Assembly: GCA_028712255.1 (NCBI GenBank)
Contig: JAQTQJ010000001.1
Location: forward strand, 76,366 to 140,365
Direction: 5' to 3'
Length of the DNA: 64,000 bases
Source: Candidatus Omnitrophota bacterium
GTDB lineage: Bacteria; Omnitrophota; Gorgyraeia; Gygaellales; Profunditerraquicolaceae
Below are positions 1 to 10,820 of the stretch, piece by piece (within the stretch, counting starts at the first letter, position 1; each line of letters begins with the position of its first letter). Both the position numbers and the translations under genes were made by a program. Below the pieces are notes generated by a model. That model did no database searches. It saw nothing but the letters and a program-made list of their open reading frames with translations, and was not told where the DNA came from.

Positions 1-1706
1 TACTTGTTTTTAGCTTTCTGGTTTTGGTGGCTGACATTCTGTTTGCTCAAGATGTAACTATTCTATATACCGGTCAAACCCATGCCATGCTTTATCCGTG
101 CAGTTGCCCCATTAAGCAGGATGGGGGCATTAGCCGTCGGGCTAGTTTAGTTAAAAAACTAAGGAGAAAAGATCCTCAGCTTTTACTTTTAGATTGTGGT
201 AACTTTACTTCGGGTGGCCTGATGGATGAGTATGCCCAGAGTACTCAATTGGATATGGAGCGGGCTTTAGTTAATTTTAAAGCTATGGAAATTATGCAGT
301 ATGATGCCGTGGCTATCGGTTCTGATGAGTTTAATTTTGGTAAGGATTTCTTCTTACAAAACGCCAAAAAATCAAAGCCTGCATATCTTAGCGCTAATTT
401 AGATTCGGATAAAGTCGCTCCCTATATAATTAAGGAGTCTAACGGGGTTAAAATCGCTGTTATCGGATTAACCAGCCCGTCTGCCCATCAAAAAACAGAA
501 GGATTAAAGATTAGTGAGCCTAAAAATATCGGAGAGTTAGTTAATCGACTCAAAAAAGAAGGTGTTCAAATAATCATTCTTTTGAGTTCTTTGGGAGAAC
601 AGAAAGATTTAGAATTAATTTCTGAAGTTAAAGGTATTGATATAGTTTTTGTCGGGCAGAGTCCTTTAAAAGATGAGGTAATGACTAAGGTCAATTCCAC
701 TTTTGTTTTGCGGCCAGCCTGGCAGGGGCGTAAGTTAGGGAAATTAAGTTTAAAGGTTAAAGATGGATTACTTACGGATTGCAAGCTCGATGAGCTGTGT
801 TTGTCGGAGGATATCGCCGATGATCCCGGTATTAACGCTATTTTGCCGCGTTGTTATTCTGATAGTAATTGTAAAAAGGACGCTTTGGTGGGAAGCTGCC
901 AAAACCCAGGGACTTTAAAAGCCAGTTGTTCATTCAGGGTTCCCAACAAAGTTAATCTATTGGTAATTAACGTAAAAGATTGTGTTGTATGTAACGCAGA
1001 ACCGGTTATAAGCACTTTGAAGAAAAAGATCCCAGGAATAATTACCCGCTATCTTTATTATCCTGTACCTGAAGCGCAAAATAAAATTAAAGAGTTATCG
1101 ATTCAGGAGTTACCCGTGTATATTTTTGGCAAAGAAATTGAAAATACAGAAGGGTTTTCGGATATCAAGAATGACTTTTTACAAATAGATAATGAATATA
1201 TACTCAAACCCCAGGTAAGCGGCTTGTCATATTTTCTAAATCGAAAAGAAAAAAAAGGTAATTTTGATTTATTTATTAGCCTATTCGATAAAAGCACTTA
1301 TGAAGTATTGTTGGGTATGAAAGATTTCAAGCCAAACTTGCATTTTTTGACCACAGAGAAAAATGAAGGTTTTGATGCTAAGAATGGTAATCTTGAAGTA
1401 GAAGAAGATTTGCGCGGGGTCTGCGTTCAAAAATACTTTCCCCAAAGATTCTGGGATTATTTGATTTGCCGTTCTAAACATATTGATAATTCTTATTGGG
1501 AAGATTGTATTGCCGGAGCCGATCCGCTAAAAATTAAAAACTGCGCTCGGGGCCCTGAAGGGGTAAAACTGCTTAAAGAGAATATAAGTTTAAACAAAGA
1601 AATAAAAGTTATGTATGGACCTGTATATCTATTGGATAATCATGAAATTTTTTCTTCCCGGGGTGTGCCGTCCAAAAAAGATCTTAAAAGAATAATGAAG
1701 AGGTGA
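1..1706 (+). CDS. 5'-nucleotidase/metallophosphoesterase-like protein with diverged catalytic motifs and a ~280-aa Cys-rich C-terminal extension. It is 5'-partial: the frame is open to the window edge and the first in-window start is TTG at 24.
   Basis: The motif order LLLLDCGNF / AIGSDEFNFG / IIILLSSLG / IVFVGQS parallels the DxGD, GNHEFD and SHxG blocks of the 5'-nucleotidase family, but the metal ligands are substituted. The hydrophobic N-terminus looks like a signal peptide. The TGA stop at 1704-1706 abuts the next gene. Confidence 0.5.
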   Translation, partial: LVFSFLVLVADILFAQDVTILYTGQTHAMLYPCSCPIKQDGGISRRASLVKKLRRKDPQLLLLDCGNFTSGGLMDEYAQSTQLDMERALVNFKAMEIMQYDAVAIGSDEFNFGKDFFLQNAKKSKPAYLSANLDSDKVAPYIIKESNGVKIAVIGLTSPSAHQKTEGLKISEPKNIGELVNRLKKEGVQIIILLSSLGEQKDLELISEVKGIDIVFVGQSPLKDEVMTKVNSTFVLRPAWQGRKLGKLSLKVKDGLLTDCKLDELCLSEDIADDPGINAILPRCYSDSNCKKDALVGSCQNPGTLKASCSFRVPNKVNLLVINVKDCVVCNAEPVISTLKKKIPGIITRYLYYPVPEAQNKIKELSIQELPVYIFGKEIENTEGFSDIKNDFLQIDNEYILKPQVSGLSYFLNRKEKKGNFDLFISLFDKSTYEVLLGMKDFKPNLHFLTTEKNEGFDAKNGNLEVEEDLRGVCVQKYFPQRFWDYLICRSKHIDNSYWEDCIAGADPLKIKNCARGPEGVKLLKENISLNKEIKVMYGPVYLLDNHEIFSSRGVPSKKDLKRIMKR

Positions 1707-1710
1707 AAAT

Positions 1711-2949
1711 ATGGGATATAAACCAGTGATTTATTTGTTAGACGTAACTAATCGCGACGGAGTGCAAACTTCTCGCATATGCCTTTCAAAGCTACAGAAG
1801 ACCATGATTAATTGGTATTTGGATCAGATGGGTGTTTTTCAGTCAGAGTTTGGATTCCCGCTTACTCGCCATGAGACAAATTATCTGAATGCTAACCTTG
1901 AATTAGCTGATTTAGGCGGATTTTCAAGGATTAAACTGAGCGGTTGGTTGCGCGCCACAAAAGACGATGTAAAAAGCGCTTTTAAACTGGTGCCGGATTT
2001 GAAATACCTCAACCTCTCTATTTCAACCAGCGACCAAATGATTGTTCATAAATTTAGAGGAAAGCTCGATCATGAATCGATAATTAATGAAATGAAAGAG
2101 GCGGTGGGGGAAGCTATAAAATTAGGAGCAGAATCCGTAGGGGTAAACGCTGAAGATGCATCGCGAACGAATTTAGAATATTTAATTGAGTTTGCCCTGA
2201 GAGCAAAGGAGGCGGGTGCAAAAAGAATTCGTTACTGCGATACTTTAGGATGCGATACTCCTTTTAGTATTTATGAAAGAATAAAATTGTTAGCAGAGAC
2301 GGTGAAATTACCAATTGAAGTGCACTGCCACAATGATTTGGGGCTTGTAGTTGCTAATTCTATCGCCGGAGCAAGGGCCGCAAGTGATGCCGGGGTAGAT
2401 TCTTATATTAATACCTGCGTAAACGGTATGGGGGAGCGGGCGGGAAACGCGGATTTAGTTTCAGTAATTTTGGCAATTAAATACGGCCAAGGAATGCAGG
2501 GGTATTGTCTGGATGAAAAAGTAAATTTAAAGATGGCATGGAAAATATGTAAATATGCTTCTTATGCTTTTGGTGTCCCTATTCCTATAAATCAGCCAGG
2601 TGTCGGGGCTAATGCTTTTGCCCATGAATCCGGGATCCATGCCGATGGAGCGCTAAAGGACCGGCGTAATTATGAACTTTATGATTATGAGGAGTTGGGC
2701 AGAGGAGAACCTGAAATTATTGAAACAGGCAGAAAGATTACTGCCGGTGAATATTCCGGGATCAAAGGCTTCCGTAATGTCTATGAAAAGTTAGAAGTTG
2801 CTTTTAAAGATGATCAGGAGGCTACCCGTATATTAGAGCTGGTCAGGTATGCTAATGTACACAATCAGAAACCTCTGGTAGATGATGAATTGAATTTTAT
2901 TGCTAAATATCCGGATATTGCACACAAGATATTTACCATGACACCTTGA
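1711..2949 (+). CDS. HMGL-like (DRE-TIM metallolyase) enzyme of the 2-isopropylmalate / homocitrate / citramalate synthase family
   Basis: It has an N-terminal RDGxQ-type motif (TNRDGVQT) and the signature HCHNDLGLVVANSIAG...GMGERAGNADL of the pyruvate carboxyltransferase fold. At 412 aa it lacks the LeuA regulatory domain. Confidence 0.7.
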   Translation: MGYKPVIYLLDVTNRDGVQTSRICLSKLQKTMINWYLDQMGVFQSEFGFPLTRHETNYLNANLELADLGGFSRIKLSGWLRATKDDVKSAFKLVPDLKYLNLSISTSDQMIVHKFRGKLDHESIINEMKEAVGEAIKLGAESVGVNAEDASRTNLEYLIEFALRAKEAGAKRIRYCDTLGCDTPFSIYERIKLLAETVKLPIEVHCHNDLGLVVANSIAGARAASDAGVDSYINTCVNGMGERAGNADLVSVILAIKYGQGMQGYCLDEKVNLKMAWKICKYASYAFGVPIPINQPGVGANAFAHESGIHADGALKDRRNYELYDYEELGRGEPEIIETGRKITAGEYSGIKGFRNVYEKLEVAFKDDQEATRILELVRYANVHNQKPLVDDELNFIAKYPDIAHKIFTMTP

Positions 2950-2971
2950 GGGAAAACAAACCTGAAAACAC

Positions 2972-3019
2972 GGGACCGTTTCTATTTTTTCTAAATTTAG
3001 AAAAAATAGAAACGGTCCC
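2972..3019. terminator. Perfect 48-bp palindrome (19-bp arms GGGACCGTTTCTATTTTTT around a palindromic CTAAATTTAG centre); likely a bidirectional intrinsic terminator and a member of palindrome family 1
   Basis: Read directly from the sequence; the stem is flanked by A/T runs on both strands. Confidence 0.7.
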
Positions 3020-3043
3020 AAGATTCTACAAGAAAGAAGGTAA

Positions 3044-4315
<1,272 letters not shown>

Positions 4316-4409
4316 CTGGTTGCGGATAAAAGGCTTGACTAAAAATACAGGGTATGTTATATTCAAATTTCAAATAATAAAGAAGGCCATAGGGCCAAGG
4401 AGAAAACAG

Positions 4410-5090
4410 ATGAAAAATTACTTTCTTAAAGTCGCTTTAATTTTTTTGGTAACTTTTAGTTTAGCCGGCTGTACTTTTATTTTTCAGTCAGGCAGGCGTT
4501 CCGATGCTCAAAAAATTGATGAGCTAAATGCCCAATTAGATGAGCTTGCCCGTTCAAAGGGTTTGCTTGAGCAGAAGCTTGGGTCAGAGATAAATGACAA
4601 ACAAATAAAGCTCCAGATGATGGAGAAGGGGCTAGTAATTACCGTCGTGGGAGACCTTTTATTTGATTCCGGTAAGTCTAAGATTAGACCTGAAGCCTAT
4701 CCTTTGTTGAGTAAAGTTTCTTCGGTATTAAAAGATAATATGTCTCAATTTAGCGTGGGTATCGAAGGGCACACAGATAATGTTCCGATTAAGCAGAGCG
4801 GTTGGAAATCGAATTGGGAGCTTTCTACTGCCAGGGCCTTAAGTGTTTTGCATTATTTAGTTGCAGATCAAGGTATTTCTCCTGAGCGGCTGTCTGCGAT
4901 CGGATACGGTGAATACCGTCCGGTAGCTTCTAATGATACTAAAGATGGACGCAAGCAGAATCGCAGAGTAGAGATAGTTATATTACCTAATGTTACAAAA
5001 GTTAAAGGTGGCTCTGCAGCTTTTTCTGATTCTAAGATTATTGAAGAAAATTCTAAAGAAGATATCCAAAAAGAAGAGAACTTTAAATAA
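4410..5090 (+). CDS. OmpA/MotB-family peptidoglycan-binding lipoprotein
   Basis: ATG at 4410 follows an AGGAGAAAA RBS. The signal peptide has an LAGC lipobox, followed by a coiled-coil segment and a C-terminal OmpA domain (GHTDNVPI...NRRVEIVI). The longer ORF from 4140 overlaps the purA 3' end and is not used. Confidence 0.8.
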   Translation: MKNYFLKVALIFLVTFSLAGCTFIFQSGRRSDAQKIDELNAQLDELARSKGLLEQKLGSEINDKQIKLQMMEKGLVITVVGDLLFDSGKSKIRPEAYPLLSKVSSVLKDNMSQFSVGIEGHTDNVPIKQSGWKSNWELSTARALSVLHYLVADQGISPERLSAIGYGEYRPVASNDTKDGRKQNRRVEIVILPNVTKVKGGSAAFSDSKIIEENSKEDIQKEENFK

Positions 5091-5095
5091 TAAAT

Positions 5096-5485
5096 ATGGA
5101 TTTAAAGGAAGATAATATTCTAAAGAATCGTATAGTAATAATTTTAGCAGTATTATCATGCATATTCTTTTTTGGTACGCTTAGCTCCTGTAATAGCTCT
5201 ATGCGTCAAAAGGCTGCCCGCGATAAAGAGATGGCTGGGCGCCTTGCTCTGGAAGAGAAAATGAACAAGTTCTCTCAAGAGAAATCAGTTTTAGAGGAAA
5301 AGGTTAAGGCAAAAGAAAAAGAGTTACAGGATTTAAAAGATTCACTCGAGGCGAGAGAAAAATCCTTAGTTCAGGCCCAATTGGTCAATGCTAGCTTGAA
5401 AGAAGACCTGCAAAAGATAATTAAAGCTAAAGAGAATTTAGAAGAAAGTTTGAAGGAAGCTGAAGCAAAGAAGCTTAAAAAATGA
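5096..5485 (+). CDS. Small membrane-anchored coiled-coil protein
   Basis: One N-terminal TM helix followed by a charged heptad-rich region (EEKVKAKEKELQDLKDSLEAREK). Confidence 0.5.
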   Translation: MDLKEDNILKNRIVIILAVLSCIFFFGTLSSCNSSMRQKAARDKEMAGRLALEEKMNKFSQEKSVLEEKVKAKEKELQDLKDSLEAREKSLVQAQLVNASLKEDLQKIIKAKENLEESLKEAEAKKLKK

Positions 5486-5526
5486 AATAGAAGTAGGCTT
5501 GATAAGTTTTTAATGTTCTGTGATAA

Positions 5527-5546
5527 GGGGAGAGTTCCCCTTTTTT
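5527..5546 (+). terminator. Rho-independent terminator (GGGGAGAGTTCCCC hairpin plus T6)
   Basis: Stem GGGGA/TCCCC followed by TTTTTT immediately after the 5485 stop. Confidence 0.7.
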
Positions 5547-5589
5547 ATTGGAGTCTTTCCTTAATTAAATAGGTAAGGAGGCACAGATA

Positions 5590-6564
5590 ATGAAAAAAGT
5601 GTTGAAGAAATCCAAAGAAGTATTAAAGAAAGCTGTCTCTAAAACAAGTTCCAAATTAAAATTACAGAAGAAAGCAAAGCCTGCTAAAGTTTTAAGCAAG
5701 GATCCGCAAAAAGATACTTTTAGTTTCCAAGAGACAGCTATAACTAATACAAAGTTTTCTCATTCCGAGAATGCCTCCCTTAGGCGCCCTATGCCGCAGG
5801 AATTGCCTTCTTTTTATGGCGTGGATAAAATTATTTTACAGGTGCGCGATCCTCATTGGCTGCATGCATATTGGGAGTTAAAAGTTGCCACTATTGAAGA
5901 TTTAAAGGTCCGCTTAGGTGATGAATTCTTCCGGGCTAGAAAAGCTTTAAGGGTTTATGATGTTACTAACATCATATTTAATGGTTCCAATGCTAATAGT
6001 TTCTTTGATATCTTGATTAATGATTTTGCCAATAGCTGGTATATCAATACCGCTGGCCCTGGCCGCTCTTGGTGTGTAGACCTTGGGCTAATATTGGCAG
6101 ATGGTTCATTTATTACTATCATACGTTCTAATGTCGTGCAGACTCCTCTGGATGGCCCGTCATGGATTACTGACGAAGAGTGGATGATTCCTGATGATAT
6201 GTTTGCTCGCCTTTATGGAATGGGTTTTGGTTTGGGTAAGAGTTCGCCGGTTGGAGGCGCCTGGCAGGAGCGTATTAAACAGGGCCTGTTTAGTTCAGGT
6301 ATATCTTCTAGCCCGGTAAAAAAAGAAATTAAAGAAAGAAGTTTTTGGTTAAAGTTAGATTGTGAATTAATAGTCTATGGAGTTACCGAGCCGGATGCCT
6401 CGGTAACTGTGCAAGGGGCACCGATTAAATTAAGGCCAGACGGTACATTCACCTTACGTTATTATTTACCCGATGGCAAACAAGTAATTCCGGTTAAGGC
6501 AACTTCTTCTGATAAGTTAGAAGAGCGTATAATTACTCCAACCGTAGTCCGAGAGACCAAATAA
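5590..6564 (+). CDS. DUF4912-like protein with a lysine-rich N-terminus, the kind usually encoded next to GH57 branching enzymes
   Basis: The DPHWLHAYWEL block and overall size fit my recollection of DUF4912. It sits directly upstream of the GH57 gene with a 5-nt gap. Confidence 0.5.
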   Translation: MKKVLKKSKEVLKKAVSKTSSKLKLQKKAKPAKVLSKDPQKDTFSFQETAITNTKFSHSENASLRRPMPQELPSFYGVDKIILQVRDPHWLHAYWELKVATIEDLKVRLGDEFFRARKALRVYDVTNIIFNGSNANSFFDILINDFANSWYINTAGPGRSWCVDLGLILADGSFITIIRSNVVQTPLDGPSWITDEEWMIPDDMFARLYGMGFGLGKSSPVGGAWQERIKQGLFSSGISSSPVKKEIKERSFWLKLDCELIVYGVTEPDASVTVQGAPIKLRPDGTFTLRYYLPDGKQVIPVKATSSDKLEERIITPTVVRETK

Positions 6565-6569
6565 GAGAC

Positions 6570-8150
6570 ATGACTAAAGGATACCTTTGTTTAGTTTTAC
6601 ACGGGCATTTGCCTTTCGTGCGCCATCCGGAACATGAAAATTTTCTGGAGGAAGATTGGTTATACGAGGCGATTACTGAAACTTATGTGCCGCTGATTTC
6701 TGTTTTTGAAGGCTTGGTAAATGATGGGATAGATTTCCGTATTACCATGACGCTTAGCCCCACACTTATTTCCATGCTTGCCGATTCACTTCTGCAAGAG
6801 CGTTATTTAAAACATATAAATAGCCTTATTGAGTTATCCCGGAAAGAAATAGAAAGAACCAGGTGGCAGGTGGATTTTAACCGGTTGGCACAAATGTATT
6901 TTAATAGATTTTCTCATGCCCGGGATATTTTCCAGAAATATAATTGTAACCTGGTTTATGCTTTTAAAAAGTTTCAGGATTTAGGCAAATTAGAAATAAT
7001 CACCTGTGGTGCAACGCATGGGTTTTTCCCCTTGATGGATGTTTGCCGGGATTCTGTGCGTGCCCAGGTAAAAGTGGCAGCAGAGCATTATGAAAGCGCT
7101 TTTGGCAGGAGGCCCAGAGGTATTTGGTTGCCGGAATGTGGTTTTTGTCCTGGTCATGATGAAATACTCAAAGATGCCGGGATCCGTTATTTTTTTACTG
7201 ATTCTCATGGTATCCTCCATGGGACACCTCGCCCTAAATATGGCGTATTTGCTCCGGTTTATTGCAAAGGCACAGGGGTAGCTGCCTTTGGCCGAGACCT
7301 GGAATCTTCAAAACAAGTTTGGTCATCTATTGAAGGTTACCCGGGAGATTATAATTACCGGGAATTTTACCGCGATGTTGGATTTGATCTTGAGTTTGAA
7401 TACATTAAACCATATATTCATCCCGATGGTGTGCGTATTAATACAGGGATAAAATATTACCGGATTACCGGACTAAATAATCATAAAGAGCCTTATATTT
7501 TAGAATGGGCAAGGCAGAAGGCTGCTGATCATGCGGGTAACTTTATGTTTAACCGCCAGAAACAAGCGGATTATTTATACAATCTTATGGGTAAGGCTCC
7601 GATTATTGTTTCTCCTTATGATGCTGAACTTTTTGGGCACTGGTGGTATGAAGGGCCGATGTGGCTTGATTTCTTATTTCGTAAGGTTGCTTGCGACCAG
7701 CAGGATATTCGCATGATTACTCCCTCTGAATATTTGGAGCAGAATCCTCGTAATCAGGTGATTACTCCTTCATTTTCCAGTTGGGGGTATAAGGGGTATT
7801 CAGAGATGTGGTTGCAAGGCACAAATGATTGGATTTATCGCCACTTGCATATGGCTTCAGGACGTATGAGTGAGTTAGTCAAGAGTTTTCCTAATAGTAG
7901 TGGCCTGCAGAGTAGGGCATTGAATCAAGCTTTGCGTGAGCTACTTCTGGCGCAGAGTTCTGATTGGGCATTTATCTTGGGTACAGGAACTCATACCAGT
8001 TATGCGGTGCGTCGCACTAAAGATCATCTCTTAAGGTTTAACCGGATATATGAAGATGTTAAATCCAATAATATTGATGAGCGTTGGCTCTCTGATATTG
8101 AATCTAAAGATAACCTCTTTCCCAATATAAACTATCAACTTCATCAGTAA
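6570..8150 (+). CDS. Glycoside hydrolase family 57 1,4-alpha-glucan branching enzyme (GH57 plus a DUF1957-type C-terminal region)
   Basis: N-terminal LHGHLPFVRHPEHE signature of GH57 branching enzymes; 526 aa. Confidence 0.85.
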   Translation: MTKGYLCLVLHGHLPFVRHPEHENFLEEDWLYEAITETYVPLISVFEGLVNDGIDFRITMTLSPTLISMLADSLLQERYLKHINSLIELSRKEIERTRWQVDFNRLAQMYFNRFSHARDIFQKYNCNLVYAFKKFQDLGKLEIITCGATHGFFPLMDVCRDSVRAQVKVAAEHYESAFGRRPRGIWLPECGFCPGHDEILKDAGIRYFFTDSHGILHGTPRPKYGVFAPVYCKGTGVAAFGRDLESSKQVWSSIEGYPGDYNYREFYRDVGFDLEFEYIKPYIHPDGVRINTGIKYYRITGLNNHKEPYILEWARQKAADHAGNFMFNRQKQADYLYNLMGKAPIIVSPYDAELFGHWWYEGPMWLDFLFRKVACDQQDIRMITPSEYLEQNPRNQVITPSFSSWGYKGYSEMWLQGTNDWIYRHLHMASGRMSELVKSFPNSSGLQSRALNQALRELLLAQSSDWAFILGTGTHTSYAVRRTKDHLLRFNRIYEDVKSNNIDERWLSDIESKDNLFPNINYQLHQ

Positions 8151-8154
8151 CAGT

Positions 8155-8880
8155 ATGCCGGATAATTCCAAAACCCCTAAACATGTTGCTTTTATTATGG
8201 ATGGTAACGGCCGTTGGGCAAAAGAGAGAGGCCTTGCGCGTACTGCTGGCCATAAAGAAGGCGTAGAGAGAGTTAGAGAAATTATCCGGGGTGCTTATAA
8301 CTTGGGTATTGAAACAGTTACTTTTTTTGCTTTTTCAACAGAGAACTGGAGTAGGCCTAGAAGTGAAGTTTTTGTTTTGATGCGTTATTTGGATAATTTT
8401 CTGAGTAAAGAGATTGATGAACTGTATAAAAATAATATAAGATTTTTAGTTATTGGCAGAGCTAAGCCAATTCCTAAGTATTTACAGGCAAAGATCAAAA
8501 AAGCTCAGGAGAAGACCAGGAATAATACAGGCCTAAAGTTTGTTTTAGCTTTGAATTATGGAGGCAGGCAGGAGATTGTGGATGCTGCTAAGAAATTTGC
8601 CAAAGATGTATTGGGGGGAAGGGAAGATTCTGAGAGCTTGGATGAAAAAAAATTCAGCCGTTACTTTTATGCTGCCGATATCGCGGATCCTGATTTATTG
8701 ATCCGCACAAGTAACGAGATGCGCATTAGCAATTTTTTACTTTGGCAACTTTCTTATTCCGAATTATACTTTTCTCATAAATACTGGCCGGATTTTGGAA
8801 TAACGCAATTAAAGGAAGCAATTAGCGAGTATCAAAAACGTAAGCGCAGGTTTGGAGGTATAGATATAGATGCTGATTAA
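8155..8880 (+). CDS. uppS: Undecaprenyl diphosphate synthase (isoprenyl transferase)
   Basis: FIMDGNGRWA, FSTENW and RTSNEMRISNFLLWQ motifs. Confidence 0.95.
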   Translation: MPDNSKTPKHVAFIMDGNGRWAKERGLARTAGHKEGVERVREIIRGAYNLGIETVTFFAFSTENWSRPRSEVFVLMRYLDNFLSKEIDELYKNNIRFLVIGRAKPIPKYLQAKIKKAQEKTRNNTGLKFVLALNYGGRQEIVDAAKKFAKDVLGGREDSESLDEKKFSRYFYAADIADPDLLIRTSNEMRISNFLLWQLSYSELYFSHKYWPDFGITQLKEAISEYQKRKRRFGGIDIDAD

Positions 8881-9664
8881 GAGAATAATTAGTTCTGTGG
8901 TACTCATTAGCATTATAACAGGCGTGATTTTTTTTGAAAGGTTGTGCGCTTTGGTAGTTACCCTTTTTATTATTGGTGGGCTATATGAGTATTTTGTGAT
9001 GCTTGAAAAAAAAGGGATAAACATTTACAAATATTTTGGAATTGGCATGGGCACGATTATACCTTTGTCAATTATGTTTAGGTTTGAGCCGACAAAAAAC
9101 TGGGAGCTGCTTTTTATAGTTTTGGCATTGTTTTTTCTCATACTTATGCAATTTAAGCGCCGGGATAACCATGGAGTGATTGTGGATATCTCGACTACTC
9201 TTTTTGGTATACTTTATGTTTCTTGGTTTTTTAGTTTTCTTATAAAAATAAGATACTTACCGGCTGGATTAGGGTATCTTGCGGTTTTGTTATTGATTAC
9301 TAAGCTAGGGGATATCGGAGCGTTTTTAGTGGGAAGCAAATGGGGAAGGCGCCTTTTAATTCCGAGGATCAGCCCTAAAAAAACACTGGAGGGTGCAATT
9401 GGTGGTTTAGTATTTAGTGTTTTAGGAGCACTTGTCAGTAAGCCTTTTTTACCTTTTAGCTATGTGCAATTGTTGATAATTGCCTTTAGCTTAGGGATAC
9501 TTGGGCAATTAGGGGATCTTTCAGAATCTTTGCTTAAACGTGATTGTCAGGTAAAGGATTCGGGGAATATTTTTCCTGGCATGGGTGGAGTATTGGATGA
9601 AATTGACAGCCTTCTATTTAGCGCCCCAGTATTTTATTTTTATCTTAGCTCGATTATAAAATAA
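8870..9664 (+). CDS. cdsA: Phosphatidate cytidylyltransferase
   Basis: Multi-TM protein with the C-terminal CTP-transferase signature SLLKRDCQVKDSGNIFPGMGGVLDEID. Confidence 0.9.
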   Translation: MLIKRIISSVVLISIITGVIFFERLCALVVTLFIIGGLYEYFVMLEKKGINIYKYFGIGMGTIIPLSIMFRFEPTKNWELLFIVLALFFLILMQFKRRDNHGVIVDISTTLFGILYVSWFFSFLIKIRYLPAGLGYLAVLLLITKLGDIGAFLVGSKWGRRLLIPRISPKKTLEGAIGGLVFSVLGALVSKPFLPFSYVQLLIIAFSLGILGQLGDLSESLLKRDCQVKDSGNIFPGMGGVLDEIDSLLFSAPVFYFYLSSIIK

Positions 9665-10809
9665 TGAAAAAGATTGCGGTTTTGGGTTCAAGTGGCTCCA
9701 TTGGCCAAAGTACGCTTGCAGTTGTAAGGGGTAACCCTAGGCGTTTTAAGGTTGTGGCTTTAAGCGTTGATTCGGATATTGTTAAATTGAAACAGCAAAT
9801 AGAAGAGTTTCGTCCTCGCCTGGTATGTGTGAGGGATAAATATGCAGCCTGGAAACTAAAAAGCGCAATAGGTTCTTTGACAAAGGTGTTTTGTGGTGAA
9901 GATGGCTTAGATGAACTGGTTAGGGATAAAGAAATTCAGCAGATAATGTTTGCAATTTGCGGTTCAGCTGCACTTGGCCCTTTGATCAGCGCGATTAAAG
10001 CGGGTAAGGATATTGCCTTGGCTAATAAAGAGGCCTTGGTAATGGCCGGGCCCGTAGTTATGCAATTAGCAGAAAAAAACAGAGTTAATATTTTACCGGT
10101 TGACAGTGAACAATCGGCTATCTGGCAGTGTTTGGGAGGCGCTCAGGCCAAAGATGTCAGGCGCGTTTATTTAACCGCTTCTGGAGGCCCCTTGAGAAAA
10201 CTACCTCTTGATAAATTTAAAAATATAACAATAGAGAAAGTATTACACCATCCTCGCTGGAAAATGGGCAAGAAAATTACGGTAGATTCAGCGACTTTGA
10301 TGAATAAGGGGCTGGAATTGCTTGAAACAATGTTCTTATTTAATTTAGAAGCGCAGAAAATAAAAGTATTAATTCATCCGGAGGCCTTAATTCATTCTAT
10401 GATTGAATTTAATGATGGTATAACTATGGCACAGCTTTCAGTTACGGATATGCGCATACCTATTCAGTATGCTTTATCATATCCACAGCGCCTGCCTTCT
10501 GAGCTTGAGGGCGTCGATTTTTACCGTTTAAGTAAACTACATTTTGAAAAGCCGGATTTTAAGAAATTTCCCTGTCTTGGGTTTGCTTATCAGGCTTCAG
10601 TTGAGTTAGGAACAATGCCTGCGGTGATGAATGCAGCTAATGAAGAGAGTGTAAGTTATTTTTTAAAAAAAAGGATAAATTTTTCAACAATATCTAAAAT
10701 TGTGGAGAAGGTAATGCGGGCCCATAAAAAAAAAGCTAACCCTAAACTTTCTGATATAATGGCTGCTGATAGCTGGGCTAGGGAAGAAGCTAGGCGCTTG
10801 GCCTGCTAA
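9664..10809 (+). CDS. dxr: 1-deoxy-D-xylulose 5-phosphate reductoisomerase
   Basis: The VLGSSGSIGQSTL NADPH-binding motif and the conserved uppS-cdsA-dxr-rseP gene order. Confidence 0.95.
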   Translation: MKKIAVLGSSGSIGQSTLAVVRGNPRRFKVVALSVDSDIVKLKQQIEEFRPRLVCVRDKYAAWKLKSAIGSLTKVFCGEDGLDELVRDKEIQQIMFAICGSAALGPLISAIKAGKDIALANKEALVMAGPVVMQLAEKNRVNILPVDSEQSAIWQCLGGAQAKDVRRVYLTASGGPLRKLPLDKFKNITIEKVLHHPRWKMGKKITVDSATLMNKGLELLETMFLFNLEAQKIKVLIHPEALIHSMIEFNDGITMAQLSVTDMRIPIQYALSYPQRLPSELEGVDFYRLSKLHFEKPDFKKFPCLGFAYQASVELGTMPAVMNAANEESVSYFLKKRINFSTISKIVEKVMRAHKKKANPKLSDIMAADSWAREEARRLAC

Positions 10810-10820
10810 CTTTATAGAAA

